Below are positions 1 to 9,100 of a stretch of DNA of 23,545 bases, in pieces (position 1 is the first letter of the stretch; each line of letters begins with the position of its first letter). The notes under the pieces are model-generated. The model worked only from the letters and a program-made list of their open reading frames with translations. It did no database searches and had not been told where the DNA came from. This stretch comes from an uncultured archaeon (GTDB taxonomy: Archaea > Asgardarchaeota > Heimdallarchaeia > Heimdallarchaeales > Kariarchaeaceae): contig CAZYCQ010000004.1 in NCBI GenBank assembly GCA_964645535.1, forward strand, positions 7,229 to 30,773, in the 5' to 3' direction. Both the position numbers and the translations under genes were made by a program.

Positions 1-2
1 TT

Positions 3-380
3 GTTCTACTGATTGCTTTGACAGTTGCAGCTGGTGCCATCATTTGGACAATTGTTTTACCACTGCTTGAACCAACTGAAACTCTGACTTTGACAAATAA
101 AATTTCTTCAGATTGGGATTCTACCTCTAAAGTTTTTACCTTCAAAGGAACTTTTGACGCATCTTCGGCTGGAACTATTAATTCAGTAGTTCTTGATGTA
201 AATGGTGGTTCTTCAATCACTGCCGAAACCAATTCAAGCTCTTCAGTAGTTGCTGGAGCGAACACGTTGACATTCTACTTCACCGTAACTAGTGGTGCAG
301 GTTCTGGTTCAATAACTATTACTTGGACTCCTGATGGTGGCTCTTCAACAACCTATACCTTTGACGTTACTTGGTCATAA
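3..380 (+). CDS. Archaeal type IV pilin / archaellin-like protein (5'-truncated)
   Basis: The frame is open from nt 3 and reads VLLIALTVAAGAIIWTIVLPLL, typical of the hydrophobic N-terminal helix after a class III signal peptide (consensus like SPVIATVLLIAITVAAA). A short Ser/Thr/Gly-rich beta-strand domain follows. The true start and the cleavage site lie upstream of the window; TTG18 is not the real start. Confidence 0.75.
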   Translation, partial: VLLIALTVAAGAIIWTIVLPLLEPTETLTLTNKISSDWDSTSKVFTFKGTFDASSAGTINSVVLDVNGGSSITAETNSSSSVVAGANTLTFYFTVTSGAGSGSITITWTPDGGSSTTYTFDVTWS

Positions 381-427
381 ACAAACGGCAATGAAAACCT
401 GAAATTTAACCCGAAAGAATTGTTAGA

Positions 428-434
428 TTTATAT
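428..434 (+). promoter_or_regulatory. Putative archaeal TATA box for the TRAP-beta-like gene
   Basis: TTTATAT about 25 nt upstream of ATG457; GGAG at 448-451. Confidence 0.4.
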
Positions 435-456
435 TTAGCTCAGAAATGGAGAACGT

Positions 457-1038
457 ATGAGTATTTCCTCCAGGCAAAAAATACTATTGGGAATTGCACT
501 TGTCTTCATTTTCATCATACATTCAATAAATACATCTGCAATCCCCATTCATTCCAAGGATGAGGGTCCCCCGTATCCCGCTTTACAGATATTCAAAACG
601 ATCAACGTTGAGGATGATTTAATACAAGTAGGAACTGAAATTCAGGTTTCGGTCAATATGACTAACTTTGGAGGAAAGACCGCAATCAATGTCAGTCTTG
701 TCGAACCTGTGCTACAGAATTTCACTATTTCCAACCTCAAAGGATATGATCCTAAGAATTGGATAAAGATAGGCCCTGGGGCAAGTGTGAGTTATTCATT
801 CTCATTCGTGATCGAAAAACCGGGAAACTACACCATTGAACCGACCACTGCAACATATCTTGATGAAAATCAAAATGAATATTCTGCAAAATCGGGTTTC
901 TTTGAACTGAATGTGATTAAAGGAAAACCTCCTGTTTCCTTGGACGAGGAATGGAGAATGGCGTTCATCCAAATGGGATCGATCCTTGCCCTCCCAATTA
1001 TTTGGCTTCTGTTAAAGAAATATGTAATTGATAAGTAA
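457..1038 (+). CDS. Translocon-associated protein beta (TRAP-beta/SSR2)-like / BatD-like single-pass membrane protein
   Basis: Signal peptide, one Ig-like domain (LQIFKTI..VGTEIQVSVNMTNFGGKTAINVSLVE..WIKIGPGASVSYSF..PGNYTIEPTTATY), C-terminal TM (EEWRMAFIQMGSILALPIIWLLL) and a short basic tail KKY. The size (193 aa) and motif order match SSR2 as I recall it. Confidence 0.7.
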   Translation: MSISSRQKILLGIALVFIFIIHSINTSAIPIHSKDEGPPYPALQIFKTINVEDDLIQVGTEIQVSVNMTNFGGKTAINVSLVEPVLQNFTISNLKGYDPKNWIKIGPGASVSYSFSFVIEKPGNYTIEPTTATYLDENQNEYSAKSGFFELNVIKGKPPVSLDEEWRMAFIQMGSILALPIIWLLLKKYVIDK

Positions 1039-1081
1039 GTAAAGAATATTATAACTGAGCTCCGATCAAGAATTAGAAAAT

Positions 1082-1087
1082 AGGTGA
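1082..1087 (+). promoter_or_regulatory. Shine-Dalgarno AGGTGA
   Basis: AGGTGA 5 nt upstream of ATG1093, favouring 1093 over GTG1084 as the start. Confidence 0.6.
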
Positions 1088-1092
1088 TTCTT

Positions 1093-2097
1093 ATGGTTTT
1101 ACAGAATTTAGTCGATAATCCTGATAAAAGATTTATTCTTGTAGGTGGAAAGGGCGGAACAGGTAAAACATCTTCTGCTGCCGCAATTGCAGTTTATTTC
1201 GCTGAAAGAGGAGAAAAAACATTGATCATTTCCACCGATCCTGCACATTCCCTATCTGATTCCTTTGACCAACCTTTGGGAAATAAAGACCCCGTTAAGA
1301 TAATAGGTGTTGAAGGAAGTCTATACGGACTTGAAATTGATCCTGAACAGGCTTCTGGTGATTTCGCTGAAGTCTTGAACATGACAGGTACAAGTACGGA
1401 TGACCTTGCCAATTCATTGGGTTCTATGGGATTGGACGAATTCAAGGACATGTTCTCCACCATGCCTCCCGGAGTTGATGAAGCTCTTGCATTGGCAAAA
1501 GTTATTCAATTTATTGAATCTCCTGAATATGAGGATTTTCAGAGAATCATCTTTGATACTGCCCCAACAGGACATACACTACGTCTTTTGGCATTGCCTG
1601 ATTTCCTTGATAGTTTTCTTGGCAAGGCAATGAAGCTCAGAGCCAAAATCAATAACATGTTTGCTGGTTTCAAGAGCCTCCTTGGAATGGAAGCCCAGAG
1701 GGACAATACAGTTGAGGCAATCGAAGCGCTGAAAGCCACAATAACCAAAGTCAGAGAATTCTTCCAAGACGAAAAAAGAACTGAATTCATTATCGTGACA
1801 ATCCCGACAATCATGGCAATCAATGAATCCGAAAGATTGGCAGAAGAATTGAAACTCCAAAATATTGCTGTAAAGAATGTCATTGTCAATCAGATCATGC
1901 CCAAAAATGTAGACTGCAAGTTTTGTCAAGCACGATCCGCAGGTCAGGAACAAAATTTGGAGTACATCCGGAGTTTGTTTGTCAATTACAATCTAACTGA
2001 GGTTCCATTTTTTGATCGAGAAATACGAGGAGTCCCCGCCTTACGAATCATGGCTCAAGCCCTTTTTGAAAAGAAATTTGTTCCATCTGAAACTTGA
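1093..2097 (+). CDS. get3: Get3/TRC40 (ArsA-family) ATPase, single domain
   Basis: Deviant Walker A [10 protein letters not shown], switch [11 protein letters not shown], switch II [12 protein letters not shown], Met-containing Get3 insert ([24 protein letters not shown]) and dimer CxxC (CKFC, 1915-1926). It has no other Cys residues. Confidence 0.9.
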   Translation: [334 protein letters not shown]

Positions 2098-2168
2098 AAT
2101 TTCTCCCATTCTTTAATTGTTTTCACAATAAATTTTTGAAGGACGAATTCATAGGCACCTTGAGAAAG

Positions 2169-4220
2169 ATGTCAGAGGACATAATGCAGACACAGCGATC
2201 AATCCCGATCAATCTTCGGATATTGCTCATCATCGCTTTATTGCTGGCTGGGCTAGGAATTCCTGCAATTTATTCAACCGCCCGCCAACAAGAGTTGGCA
2301 AAGAATATTGAAGTAGGTCTTGCCCATCAGGAAAGAGATCTAAACCTTGTCTCCTCAATTGAACGACTCAATGGCTATCTGAATCAAATCGTAAAGGATC
2401 AGTTGGTGGATACTTTTGAAAAATCAAGAAATAGGGAAGGTGTTGCAAATATTTCCTCAATCGCAAATATTACTAACGAAGTGCGTTCACGGATTCAAGA
2501 AGTCTCAACATTGCTTGACCAGCGAGGAGTTGAAGGATACAACTTGGAAACAATCGATCTGACCCCTGAAACTTTCCAGAACAATGAATTGGTCTTGTCA
2601 TTGTCTGCAATTAAACCCAATATTGAAATCAATTTGACTAATCAATTGGCATTGGTTCGTAACTTTACTAATCAATATTCAAACAAGATGGAAAATGTTG
2701 CAAATAATATCAGCTATATTGTTGGTCAACCTAGACCAGGCCTAAATCTCAAAGGAAGCCTTCTTTCCAATGCCACAACGGACTACAATTCGCTTATTGC
2801 AAATCTTAAGGCAAAATTCGACAATGCAACGGCTTTCAACGATAATGAAACCATTGCCTATGTTGCGGATGTTTTGGAACGAATTTCTGAATTCCCCAAT
2901 ATTTTCGATGAAATTCAAGATCTTGGGCTTCAATACCAGACGTATGCAATAACGGAATCTCCAGAAACGTTCCTTGACTTTTCCAAGAACTTCCTTCAAA
3001 AATTCAGCCTGCTAAAATTCAGAATTGATTTTGAATTTGAAAAATATCTAGATCCTACCTCAAACAGATATTTCGAACTTCAACCGGATGATTTAGATTT
3101 TGTCCAGCAGATGGCCCTTTCATTGCAGGGAGACGTACAAAATGGAACTGTCATTACCAAAGGTGCAGTTCATTACTTCAATGATTCTTATAACCTGCTT
3201 TTCGATGCGTATGAACTTATCAGCCAGATTCTTAATCAACAACTCCCTAGACTTGAAGTGATTCTTTCTGAATCAAGTGTCGAACTGAATTTCATGAAGG
3301 AAGTCATCAAAATTGAACTTGCAAACTTTATTGAAACCTTCAATGCATATGTGTCTGCTAGATCCAATGCAAACATTCTAATCCAGACCTTGATAATCGG
3401 TGCACTAGGGCTTCTGATATTTGGAGGAACCATTCCCTTCCTGAACCAAGTGAGAAAATTGACTGTAAGACTCGATCAAGGTTTTTCGAGAATTGCCAAT
3501 TATGACCTGAATATCCAGAAATTTGACAAAATTGAAGGAGGGGAATTGGGAAGAATTCAAATCGGTTTCAATAGAATGATTGACGAATTGAGAGGCATTC
3601 TCCAATCGTTGGCAGAAGCTAGCGAGATCCTGTCAACAATTTCAGAAACCATGGCTTCAAGTTCCGAAGAGGCGTCTGCTTCTGTAACGGAGGTCTCTGA
3701 CACAATTTCTCAAATCGCATATGGTGCTTCTGAACAGAACCGAGTTATTGAAGACCTCTCCCAACAATTGCAGCGCCATCTTGCAGAAGTCAATGATGCT
3801 ACCACTAGAATCAATGAAGCAAGCGCTTTCGTGAAACAGGTGGCGAAAAGAACAAACATTCTTGGTTTGAATGCTTCTATAGAGGCTGCAAAGGCAGGGC
3901 ATTTCGGACGAGGATTCAATGTTGTCGCAGAAAATGTCCGTGAACTTTCCGAAGATACCAAGAAATCTGCCAACGAAATATCTCAACTGATCGAGGATGT
4001 TTCGTTCAAGATTTCTCAGACTGTCAGAACAGTTATCGAGGAAATGGAGCAAGCAAGGGCTATTTCTGAAAATACTGCTTCAGGAAGTGAAGAAGCCAAT
4101 GCTGCAACTACCGAACAAGTCTCTATGCTCCATGAAATCAGTGAGCAGGCTGCGGAAATTGCCAATATTGCCACTGAATTAAATACGATCATGTCAAAAT
4201 TCAACTTCGCAATGAAATAA
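2169..4220 (+). CDS. Methyl-accepting chemotaxis protein (TM-sensor-TM-HAMP-MA)
   Basis: TM1 ILLIIALLLAGLGIPAIY, ~370-aa helical extracellular region, TM2 ILIQTLIIGALGLLIFGG, HAMP (GELGRIQIGFNRMIDEL) and hairpin tip RTNILGLNASIEAAKAGHFGRGFNVVAENVRELS. ATG2169 (MSEDI) is preferred over TTG2094. Confidence 0.93.
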   Translation: MSEDIMQTQRSIPINLRILLIIALLLAGLGIPAIYSTARQQELAKNIEVGLAHQERDLNLVSSIERLNGYLNQIVKDQLVDTFEKSRNREGVANISSIANITNEVRSRIQEVSTLLDQRGVEGYNLETIDLTPETFQNNELVLSLSAIKPNIEINLTNQLALVRNFTNQYSNKMENVANNISYIVGQPRPGLNLKGSLLSNATTDYNSLIANLKAKFDNATAFNDNETIAYVADVLERISEFPNIFDEIQDLGLQYQTYAITESPETFLDFSKNFLQKFSLLKFRIDFEFEKYLDPTSNRYFELQPDDLDFVQQMALSLQGDVQNGTVITKGAVHYFNDSYNLLFDAYELISQILNQQLPRLEVILSESSVELNFMKEVIKIELANFIETFNAYVSARSNANILIQTLIIGALGLLIFGGTIPFLNQVRKLTVRLDQGFSRIANYDLNIQKFDKIEGGELGRIQIGFNRMIDELRGILQSLAEASEILSTISETMASSSEEASASVTEVSDTISQIAYGASEQNRVIEDLSQQLQRHLAEVNDATTRINEASAFVKQVAKRTNILGLNASIEAAKAGHFGRGFNVVAENVRELSEDTKKSANEISQLIEDVSFKISQTVRTVIEEMEQARAISENTASGSEEANAATTEQVSMLHEISEQAAEIANIATELNTIMSKFNFAMK

Positions 4221-4274
4221 ACTTGATTTGGGCTTGAAGGTAACTTTATCAATCTTCTCTCAATCCAATTTTTG

Positions 4275-5285
4275 ATGAAAATTATCGACTTAAGAAGCGA
4301 TACTGTTACTCATCCAACCGACGAAATGAGAGAAGCAGCAGCAGCAGCTGAGGTGGGCGATGATGTTTTTGGAGATGACCCGACAGTCAATAGACTTGAG
4401 GAACTGGCTGCCAAAATGATGGGAAAGGAAGCCGCTCTGTTTGTGACAAGTGGAACACAAGGTAATTTGATTGCAGTTAAAGGACAAACTCAACCAGGCA
4501 ATGAAGTTATACTTGAAGCAGATTCACACATTTATCATTATGAGGTCGGAGGAATAAGTGCTATCGCTGGAGCCATTCCAAAACTAATCCCTAGCACTCA
4601 CGGAATATTCTCTCCTGAACAGCTGCTCTCTGCTCTTCGTCCAAAGAATATCCATTTTCCTGATACTGCACTTGTTTGTTTGGAGAATACACATAATCGC
4701 CATGGAGGCATTGCCATTTCTCCAAATGAAATTAAAGATGTGGCAACATTGGCTCATGAAAACAATTTATTTGTGCATTTGGATGGGGCCCGAATATTCA
4801 ATGCTGCAATTTTTCATGATGTGGATGTTCAACGATATGCTGAAAGTGTCGATACAATTCAATTCTGCCTTTCAAAGGGTCTAAGCGCCCCTGTGGGGTC
4901 TTTGATTGCAGGAACACAGGAATTTATCGATAAGGCAAGAAAAATCCGTAAGATGCTTGGAGGAGGAATGAGACAAGCAGGAATTTTGGCGGCACCCGGA
5001 ATTGTCGCATTGACAAAAATGGTTTCCCGCCTGAAAGAAGATCATGAAAACGCCAAATCACTTGGAAAAATCCTGAAAGAACAGGGATTCGATATCATTG
5101 ACCCTCAAACCAATATCTTGGTTGTTTCAATCGAAGGGAAATTCAAATCTCCAGAGGAAGCTGTAGAATACTTCAATTCAAAGGGAATCCTTTGTGTTCC
5201 ATTTGGAGGAAATCGGATACGATTTACCACACACCGGATGATCACAAGGGAAGACATTGAGGAAATTGCTCAGAGAATCGCGTGA
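4275..5285 (+). CDS. ltaE: Low-specificity L-threonine aldolase (PLP-dependent)
   Basis: Motifs IDLRSDTVT, VGDDVFGDDPTV, SGTQGN, LENTHN, HLDGARIFNA, CLSKGLSAPVGS (PLP Lys) and RKMLGGGMRQAG. Confidence 0.95.
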   Translation: MKIIDLRSDTVTHPTDEMREAAAAAEVGDDVFGDDPTVNRLEELAAKMMGKEAALFVTSGTQGNLIAVKGQTQPGNEVILEADSHIYHYEVGGISAIAGAIPKLIPSTHGIFSPEQLLSALRPKNIHFPDTALVCLENTHNRHGGIAISPNEIKDVATLAHENNLFVHLDGARIFNAAIFHDVDVQRYAESVDTIQFCLSKGLSAPVGSLIAGTQEFIDKARKIRKMLGGGMRQAGILAAPGIVALTKMVSRLKEDHENAKSLGKILKEQGFDIIDPQTNILVVSIEGKFKSPEEAVEYFNSKGILCVPFGGNRIRFTTHRMITREDIEEIAQRIA

Positions 5286-5351
5286 CAATTTTGATTTATT
5301 GTTCACATCATCTACAATCTTAACAAGAATGAAAATCGATAGCGCGAAAAG

Positions 5352-5981
5352 ATGAGTCAGGATTGGCAAACATCCCAACAAAGACCTCGGAAAGGTCTTT
5401 TCGTGGCAATTGAAGGAATTGATGGTGCGGGAAAAACCACCATGGCCCAACTTCTTGTTCAAAAACTCAAAAAACTTGTGTCACAGGATATTATATTGAC
5501 CTCTGAACCGACAAAAGGAAAGATCGGAAAACTTCTTCGTGAATACCTTCGAATGGATCAAGCCCAAAAGGAGGTTGATGCCCTTCTCTTTGCGGCAGAC
5601 AGGGTTGAACATTTTCATACTGAAATCTTGCCAAATCTCGAACAGGGAAATATTGTAATAACCGATAGATATGTTTATTCCTCGTATGCCTACCAATCTA
5701 CTCAAGGTCTCCCTCTTGATTGGTTACAGGAGATCAACAAATTCGTTCCGTTACCCGATGTGGTCTTTCTGCTGGATATCCCAGTCACCACGGCATTTGA
5801 GAGACTGAAAAACCAAAACCGTGATGAAAACGAAAAATTCGAGAAAGTTGTCTTTCTCAAAGAAGTCAAGAAAGTTTATGATCAATTCACAAAAGAATCA
5901 AATGTGAGAGTGGTGGATGCAGATAGATCATCTACAGAAATATTGAATGATCTTACCCGGTACATTCTTGACATGATTTGA
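5352..5981 (+). CDS. tmk: Thymidylate (dTMP) kinase
   Basis: P-loop EGIDGAGKTT, EPT, LLFAADR, DRYVYSSYAYQ, PDVVFLLD and FEK motifs. Confidence 0.95.
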   Translation: MSQDWQTSQQRPRKGLFVAIEGIDGAGKTTMAQLLVQKLKKLVSQDIILTSEPTKGKIGKLLREYLRMDQAQKEVDALLFAADRVEHFHTEILPNLEQGNIVITDRYVYSSYAYQSTQGLPLDWLQEINKFVPLPDVVFLLDIPVTTAFERLKNQNRDENEKFEKVVFLKEVKKVYDQFTKESNVRVVDADRSSTEILNDLTRYILDMI

Positions 5982-6066
5982 TAGGTCATTAGGAAAGCTT
6001 TCAGACTGAGGAACAAACAATTCTTTGCAGGGAATTGATTAAACTTATTAAGAAAATTGAAACTTT

Positions 6067-6147
6067 GGACTTTAGAAGAAGTCCGACGCGCATAATTTAT
6101 CTATTGAGGTGACCTACCAAAATTCAGTCGCGTCGCTATTCGGGTGA
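6067..6147 (+). promoter_or_regulatory. Putative structured 5' leader plus SD (GGGTGA 6142-6147) of the envelope operon
   Basis: Hairpin GGACTT(6067-72)/AAGTCC(6079-84) and a 7-bp GC-rich stem CGACGCG(6084-90)/CGCGTCG(6129-35) just upstream of the SD. Confidence 0.35.
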
Positions 6148-6151
6148 AACC

Positions 6152-9100
6152 ATGAGCATTTCAGAAGGGAAATCCAACCGAAAAAGAAGAAGAAAACGGG
6201 GTATTACAAGAAGGGTAGTTGATGAACATGGCAATGTAATAGTCAAGAGATATACCAGGCGACAATCAAAGATCAGAATTCCTGGTCTTACTGCAAGAAA
6301 AATCCCTTCCCTGATGCTTGGACTTGTATTTGGCTTCTACGCGATGTTGGCATATTATGAGAGTAAGGGTGTACTTGCTAATAGTGAGAATAGCTTACTG
6401 CAATACTTTCATGAATTCTTCCTGTCAATGAACCCTGTTGTCAAGATATTTGCTGCTGGAACCATTGGCATTGCTCTTTCAACATTTTTTGGATATGCCT
6501 TCTTCACACAGGGCTTCAAAATAAAGAATTGGGGGAAAGCCTTTAGACAATTGGTTTCTATCCTCCTTGTGATTTTGGTTGCCTCTTCGATCCTTTCACC
6601 ATTCCTTACGGAGCCTGGCATCGTCAGACAGATCAGTGACGAAGATTTTCAACCACGGACTGATGAATTCGATCTAAGTGGACTAAACTCACCATTCTAT
6701 GATGAATTATTGAACAGTTTTCTAGATCTGCTCGGTGGTTTGGATCCAGACATCGCATATCAGGTGGTGGCAAATATCACTCCAACAGATTCCTTTGGCT
6801 TAGATCCTACGAGAGACATCTACCTTTTCAGATGGCAGGTATCTGAAACTTGGGATCCAGTAGCGAACGATTTCATAAAGGCGGATGAAACAACAATACT
6901 ACCTTTCAGTGGTTTTGACCCAGGGACTCAATCCCTTGATCCGGATTCCTTAAGATCCTTTGAGGTTGATAATGCTTACCTAACAGCTGTAACATCCTAT
7001 TCACAGCCTTTGGTCTCTTTTTGGAACTCCGAGGAAGGTGCAACCATCGCGAATACATCCCAATTTTCTCTGAAATCCTCCAATCCTGATATCCAACTGA
7101 GTTCCTTGGATGTCAATAATGATGTAAACGAACAGCCTATTGTAAATGCTAAATTTTCCGAAGCCTCATCCAGTGGTGCCATTAGTTTTCCCGCATGGTG
7201 GAAGGCTGAAGATGTGCAAGGCATAAGCTCTGGCGCTGTATCATTAGGTGAATTGGAAAGCCTTTTCGGTCAGGCTCCCTCGGATCGTTTCCCCAGTTCG
7301 AAACTTGCAAACAATGGTGAAGGCATTTCCAACTTTTGGGGAAGGAATTCCCTGCCAAAAAACTATATTTGGGCTGATCAAGAACTTGGCAAAGAAGATG
7401 CATTTACCAGAAAATACAATGAATTTGATAAGATTTTTACAGAGTCAACGTCTGTCTATGCTGCAATTATGACAATTCATACCTTTATCCAAAACGCAGT
7501 ATTGGAAGCATTCAACAACAACTACCTAAACTTTGACCCAATTGAGGGACAAGGCGATTTTGCAGGAACAACAGATAAAGGCCATTATTTCTATGAAGCC
7601 ATTGAAAACAATCTCCCTTGGGGTCTCAGGGAAATGCTTCCCGGTTATGTGAACATGTTGAGATCCTTTGGAATTCCTGCCCGCGTAGTTCTCGGTTTTG
7701 CAGGTGGGACAATAGATTCATCCAAAATAACTCTTCAAATGTTGAATAGGCACTATTGGGTTGAAGCCCTTATTCCTTGGAGGGACGATACTGGAACTTT
7801 GCATTGGAGTTGGGGAATTCTCAATCCTGTTCCCATATTCTCTGCCCTCCAAAGCGAACAAATTGCCTATGGAAGAAATGCACTGGGAGGTGGAAGTAGC
7901 CTCAAAGTTGACGTGGTCACTGGAGAGGAAAGCGTATCAGGTGTCCCAATCAAACTGCAGCAGATGGGAGAAAATTTCCAAGTTAATATCTCTGCTGATT
8001 TCAGCGGAGTTCCTGCTTCTGGTCAAAATATTCAACTTAAACTTCTAGATGACAATGATCAGTCACAACTCTTGTCTGGAACCCTCCCCACTGATCTAAG
8101 TAATTTTGGTTTAGATTTACCATCTATTACTCTAAATGATCGAGGTTACTATCTTCTTAATGGAACTGTCGATTACGAAGGAAACATGACGGTGAACGGA
8201 ACTGAAGTAACTACGATCAAACCAATTAATATCAATGCGGCATTGAATCCTGGGTTGGGAGAACCTGTCAATGGTTATGCCATTCTTGCCCTATTTGGAT
8301 TCACATATAATTTCACTGCAATTGCCTGGCTCAAGAATGGTACTTTGGTTGCCTCGTTTGTAGGACTGCAGACCAGTCCAATTCCTGGTGTTGATGCTCC
8401 CGGTACCGTGGTAACCCCAACAGTTCAATTCTCCATTGCAAGCACACTTTACAAGGCTGATGGGGCAACTCAAGGAAATGAAATTGTAGGTGAAAATCTT
8501 ACTTTACTCCTTTATACACAAACACAATATGAAAACTTGGATCTTACATCTTTAACGGATACTCAGGGTGCAAAAACCTATGCCGAGGGAATCCTTGATG
8601 CACAAACTCCTGCCACTCAGCAGACAGATACACAAGGTTCCACCCAATGGGATATTACCTTCCCCCTAAATGATCCCAGTTATCCTGTGGATGATGAAAT
8701 CTATATATTTATTGTCCAATGGGAAGGTAGCACTGTGTTTTCACTTCCATTAAGTGTCTTGGTTTCACTCAGAGCCCAAATGGATACTGTCTCGTATTTC
8801 AATACCTCTGTTCTATCATCCGGACAGACTGTGGATACATGGTATTCGAATATCACATTGACGTCCTTGGCAGGAGTTTTGATTGACCCGTTGCCAATTC
8901 ACGGCGTACCTGTTGATATTCTGCTAGTTAACAAGCTTGATTTTGACAATGCAGGTGTGACGACCTACTCTGATCTCCAATCTTTCTTGAGTGGTCAAAC
9001 CGAAGGAACAACATTTTACAATCTTAGCAACCCCACACTTCATCCAAATGTTCTGACTTTGGGAGGGGTGCCAATAACGGACAACAATGGATTTGTACAG

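Noticed and set aside
1084-2097. Arsenite-efflux ArsA
   Set aside because: Single domain, no metalloid-binding Cys, has the Get3 insert and CxxC, and no ars genes nearby.
2094-2168. N-terminal extension of the MCP from TTG2094
   Set aside because: T-rich, intergenic-looking sequence; ATG2169 gives a normal short N-terminus before TM1.
4335-4349. GCA triplet repeat
   Set aside because: It simply encodes AAAAA within ltaE and is too short for a contingency locus.
6179-6199. Nuclear localisation signal or Tat motif in RKRRRKR
   Set aside because: No nucleus in this organism and no S/T-RR-x-FLK consensus next to an h-region; positive-inside topology or electrostatic binding is enough to explain it.
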